Part shown: positions 62,896 through 64,000 of the stretch, piece after piece | Position numbering within the stretch: position 1 is the stretch's first letter | Layout of the letters: every line of letters begins with the position of its first letter | DNA from: Octopus sinensis | Lineage: Eukaryota | NCBI RefSeq assembly: GCF_006345805.1 | Contig: NC_043018.1 | Coordinates: 9,486,001 to 9,550,000 of the forward strand | Reading direction: 5' to 3' | Length of the DNA: 64,000 nucleotides | The notes under the pieces: generated by a model | The model's input: only the letters and a program-made list of their open reading frames with translations | What the model was told of the DNA's origin: nothing | The model's database searches: none | Made by a program: the position numbers and the translations under genes

Positions 62896-64000
62896 TATAT
62901 GGCTGTGTGGTTTGGAAGTTCGCTTTGAAACCACGTGGTTTCATGTTCGCTCCCGCTGTGTAGCACCTGCGGCAAATGTCTTCTCCAATAGCTCTGGGCT
63001 GACTAATGTCTCGTGAGTGAATTTTTTAATCAGAAACTTGTGTGAGTTGATTTTGGTAAACAAAAGCCCAATATGTGTGCGTGTGTGTCTGTGTGTGCGT
63101 GTGTGTCTGTGTGTGCGTGTGTGTCTGTGTGTGCGTGCGATACACATCCAGGCAAACACACAAGTGCAAGGTAAGGTGAAAAAAATAGTACTCGAATACT
63201 AAAGGTAGAGTAATATACTATTTTATTAAAGTTGGCTTTAATGAATAGTACTACACTATCGGCTAGAGACTATCAAATGTTGTTATACATCGCTGGTCAC
63301 GATGCGCTTTGGAATGACACTACCTCAATGGCTAGGCGAGCAGGCCAACATATAATAAATATATATATATGAATGTATGTATGGGTGTGTGTGCATGAGC
63401 GCGCGTCTTTGTGCTTATTCCTCCCTCACTTGACAACCGGTGTTGGTTTGTTTACTTCTCCGTAACTTAGCGATTCACCACCAACAACAACAAAAAAAAC
63501 AATGGAATGAATATGCCTGACTTAAAACAAAAAAGACTTCAAAAACGTAAGTACTTGGGTCGATTTGTTCAACTAAAAGCCTCCAAGGCGGTGCCCCAGC
63601 ATGGCCGCAGTCCAGTGAGCGAAACAAATAAAAGATAAAAAGATATGCTATCTTGCATAGCCATATTGTGTGATTATAATAGACTTCATTCAAACCCAAA
63701 AATTTATCTAAAATATCTTCCACTAACTCCACTTTGCACACGTACACGACCCCCCATCACTTTCTCTCTCTCCCTCCTCTCCCTCTCTCTTCCTCTTTAT
63801 TGCAACTACCTGTCTGTAAAATTAGGTTTCGGCCACTTTCTGTTTTTTAAACGAAAACAACTTTTATTCTACCCTGGACAGGTTTTCTTTTTTATCTTAG
63901 CCACGTCGGCAAATTATTCAACGATTCTATGTAATTCCTGTTTTTCCTTGTGAGTGTGTGTGTGAAAAAGTAATGCAGAACGACGGAGGACCATACTGAA

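Overview
AT-rich, microsatellite-dense eukaryotic DNA, almost entirely interspersed repeats. The repeat set resembles cephalopod (Octopus-like) DNA; this is my recollection, not checked. No complete host gene is visible; the best candidate is a 75-nt first coding exon at 57968-58042 (+). Nearly all listed ORFs are microsatellite or SINE artefacts. DNA transposons: two mariner elements (one near full length), two maT/DD37D remnants, a decayed Merlin (IS1595-like) transposase, three non-autonomous Helitron copies, a Tigger-like MITE and a GGATC-ended MITE family that also occurs as a ~780-bp palindromic dimer. Retroelements: RTE, R4/Dong-like and Penelope-like (PLE) remnants and several tRNA-derived SINE families, labelled here A-G. 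Main findings: (1) a 1.6-kb ORF1-only (CCHC knuckle, no RT) retroelement with a 19-bp TSD inside a SINE head, sharing its 3' tail with that SINE family; (2) repeated insertion of family C SINEs just upstream of, or inside, other family C heads; (3) several unrelated hammerhead-ribozyme-like folds, some in inverted pairs including a perfect 132-bp palindrome; (4) mobile foldback dimers with 8-bp TSDs and a conserved telomere-like G-quadruplex motif; (5) a locally templated, microhomology-joined insertion.
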